The notes below the pieces were generated by a model. That model did no database searches. It had not been told where the DNA came from and saw nothing but the letters and a program-made list of their open reading frames with translations. A program made the translations under genes and the position numbers. A stretch of 64,000 bases of DNA from the NCBI GenBank assembly GCA_010909165.1, contig VJWM01000016.1, positions 186,001 to 250,000 of the forward strand, read 5' to 3'. The first letter of the stretch is position 1. The number at the start of each line of letters is the position of its first letter. The stretch is from Anthoceros angustus. Its lineage: Eukaryota > Plantae > Anthocerotophyta. This document shows positions 63,945-64,000 of the stretch, in pieces.

Positions 63945-64000
63945 CCTGAGAGACGAGATGAGCATTGGCGTAGAGAATACCGAATGTCATATCCAACTTT

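Overview
Eukaryotic DNA from a plant, most likely a non-seed land plant (inferred from short GT-AG introns, GC-rich genes and the transposon families present). The window has two halves. (1) About 1-31 kb is a dense, indel-riddled block of DNA transposons. It holds two CACTA/EnSpm Tnp2 remnants with one clear CACTA terminus and subterminal repeats, two head-to-head Sola-like (DUF7869-type) transposase genes, an IS3EU-like integrase remnant, several 0.3-1.6 kb tandem duplications and a GC-rich array. Within this block are two diverged copies of a beta-class (N6_N4_Mtase-type) DNA amino-methyltransferase gene. The more complete copy has an N-terminal ParB-like domain and lies directly upstream of a Sola-like transposase. 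Both copies share a non-canonical motif IV (DVPRG) and differ only at synonymous positions in the motifs compared. This is the main candidate for an undescribed system. (2) About 31-64 kb holds five intron-containing host genes, all on the minus strand: a CAD1-clade cinnamyl alcohol dehydrogenase, SIZ1, an ICL/PEP-mutase-family enzyme, a SUVH4/KYP-like H3K9 methyltransferase and a CASP-like protein. It also carries nested non-autonomous CCCTA-ended elements with verified 3-bp TSDs, a non-LTR RT fragment and short tandem repeats. Single-base frameshifts in CAD and SIZ1, and the indel pattern between duplicates, suggest residual assembly errors, so pseudogene calls are provisional. All family assignments come from motif recognition by eye; no database searches were run.
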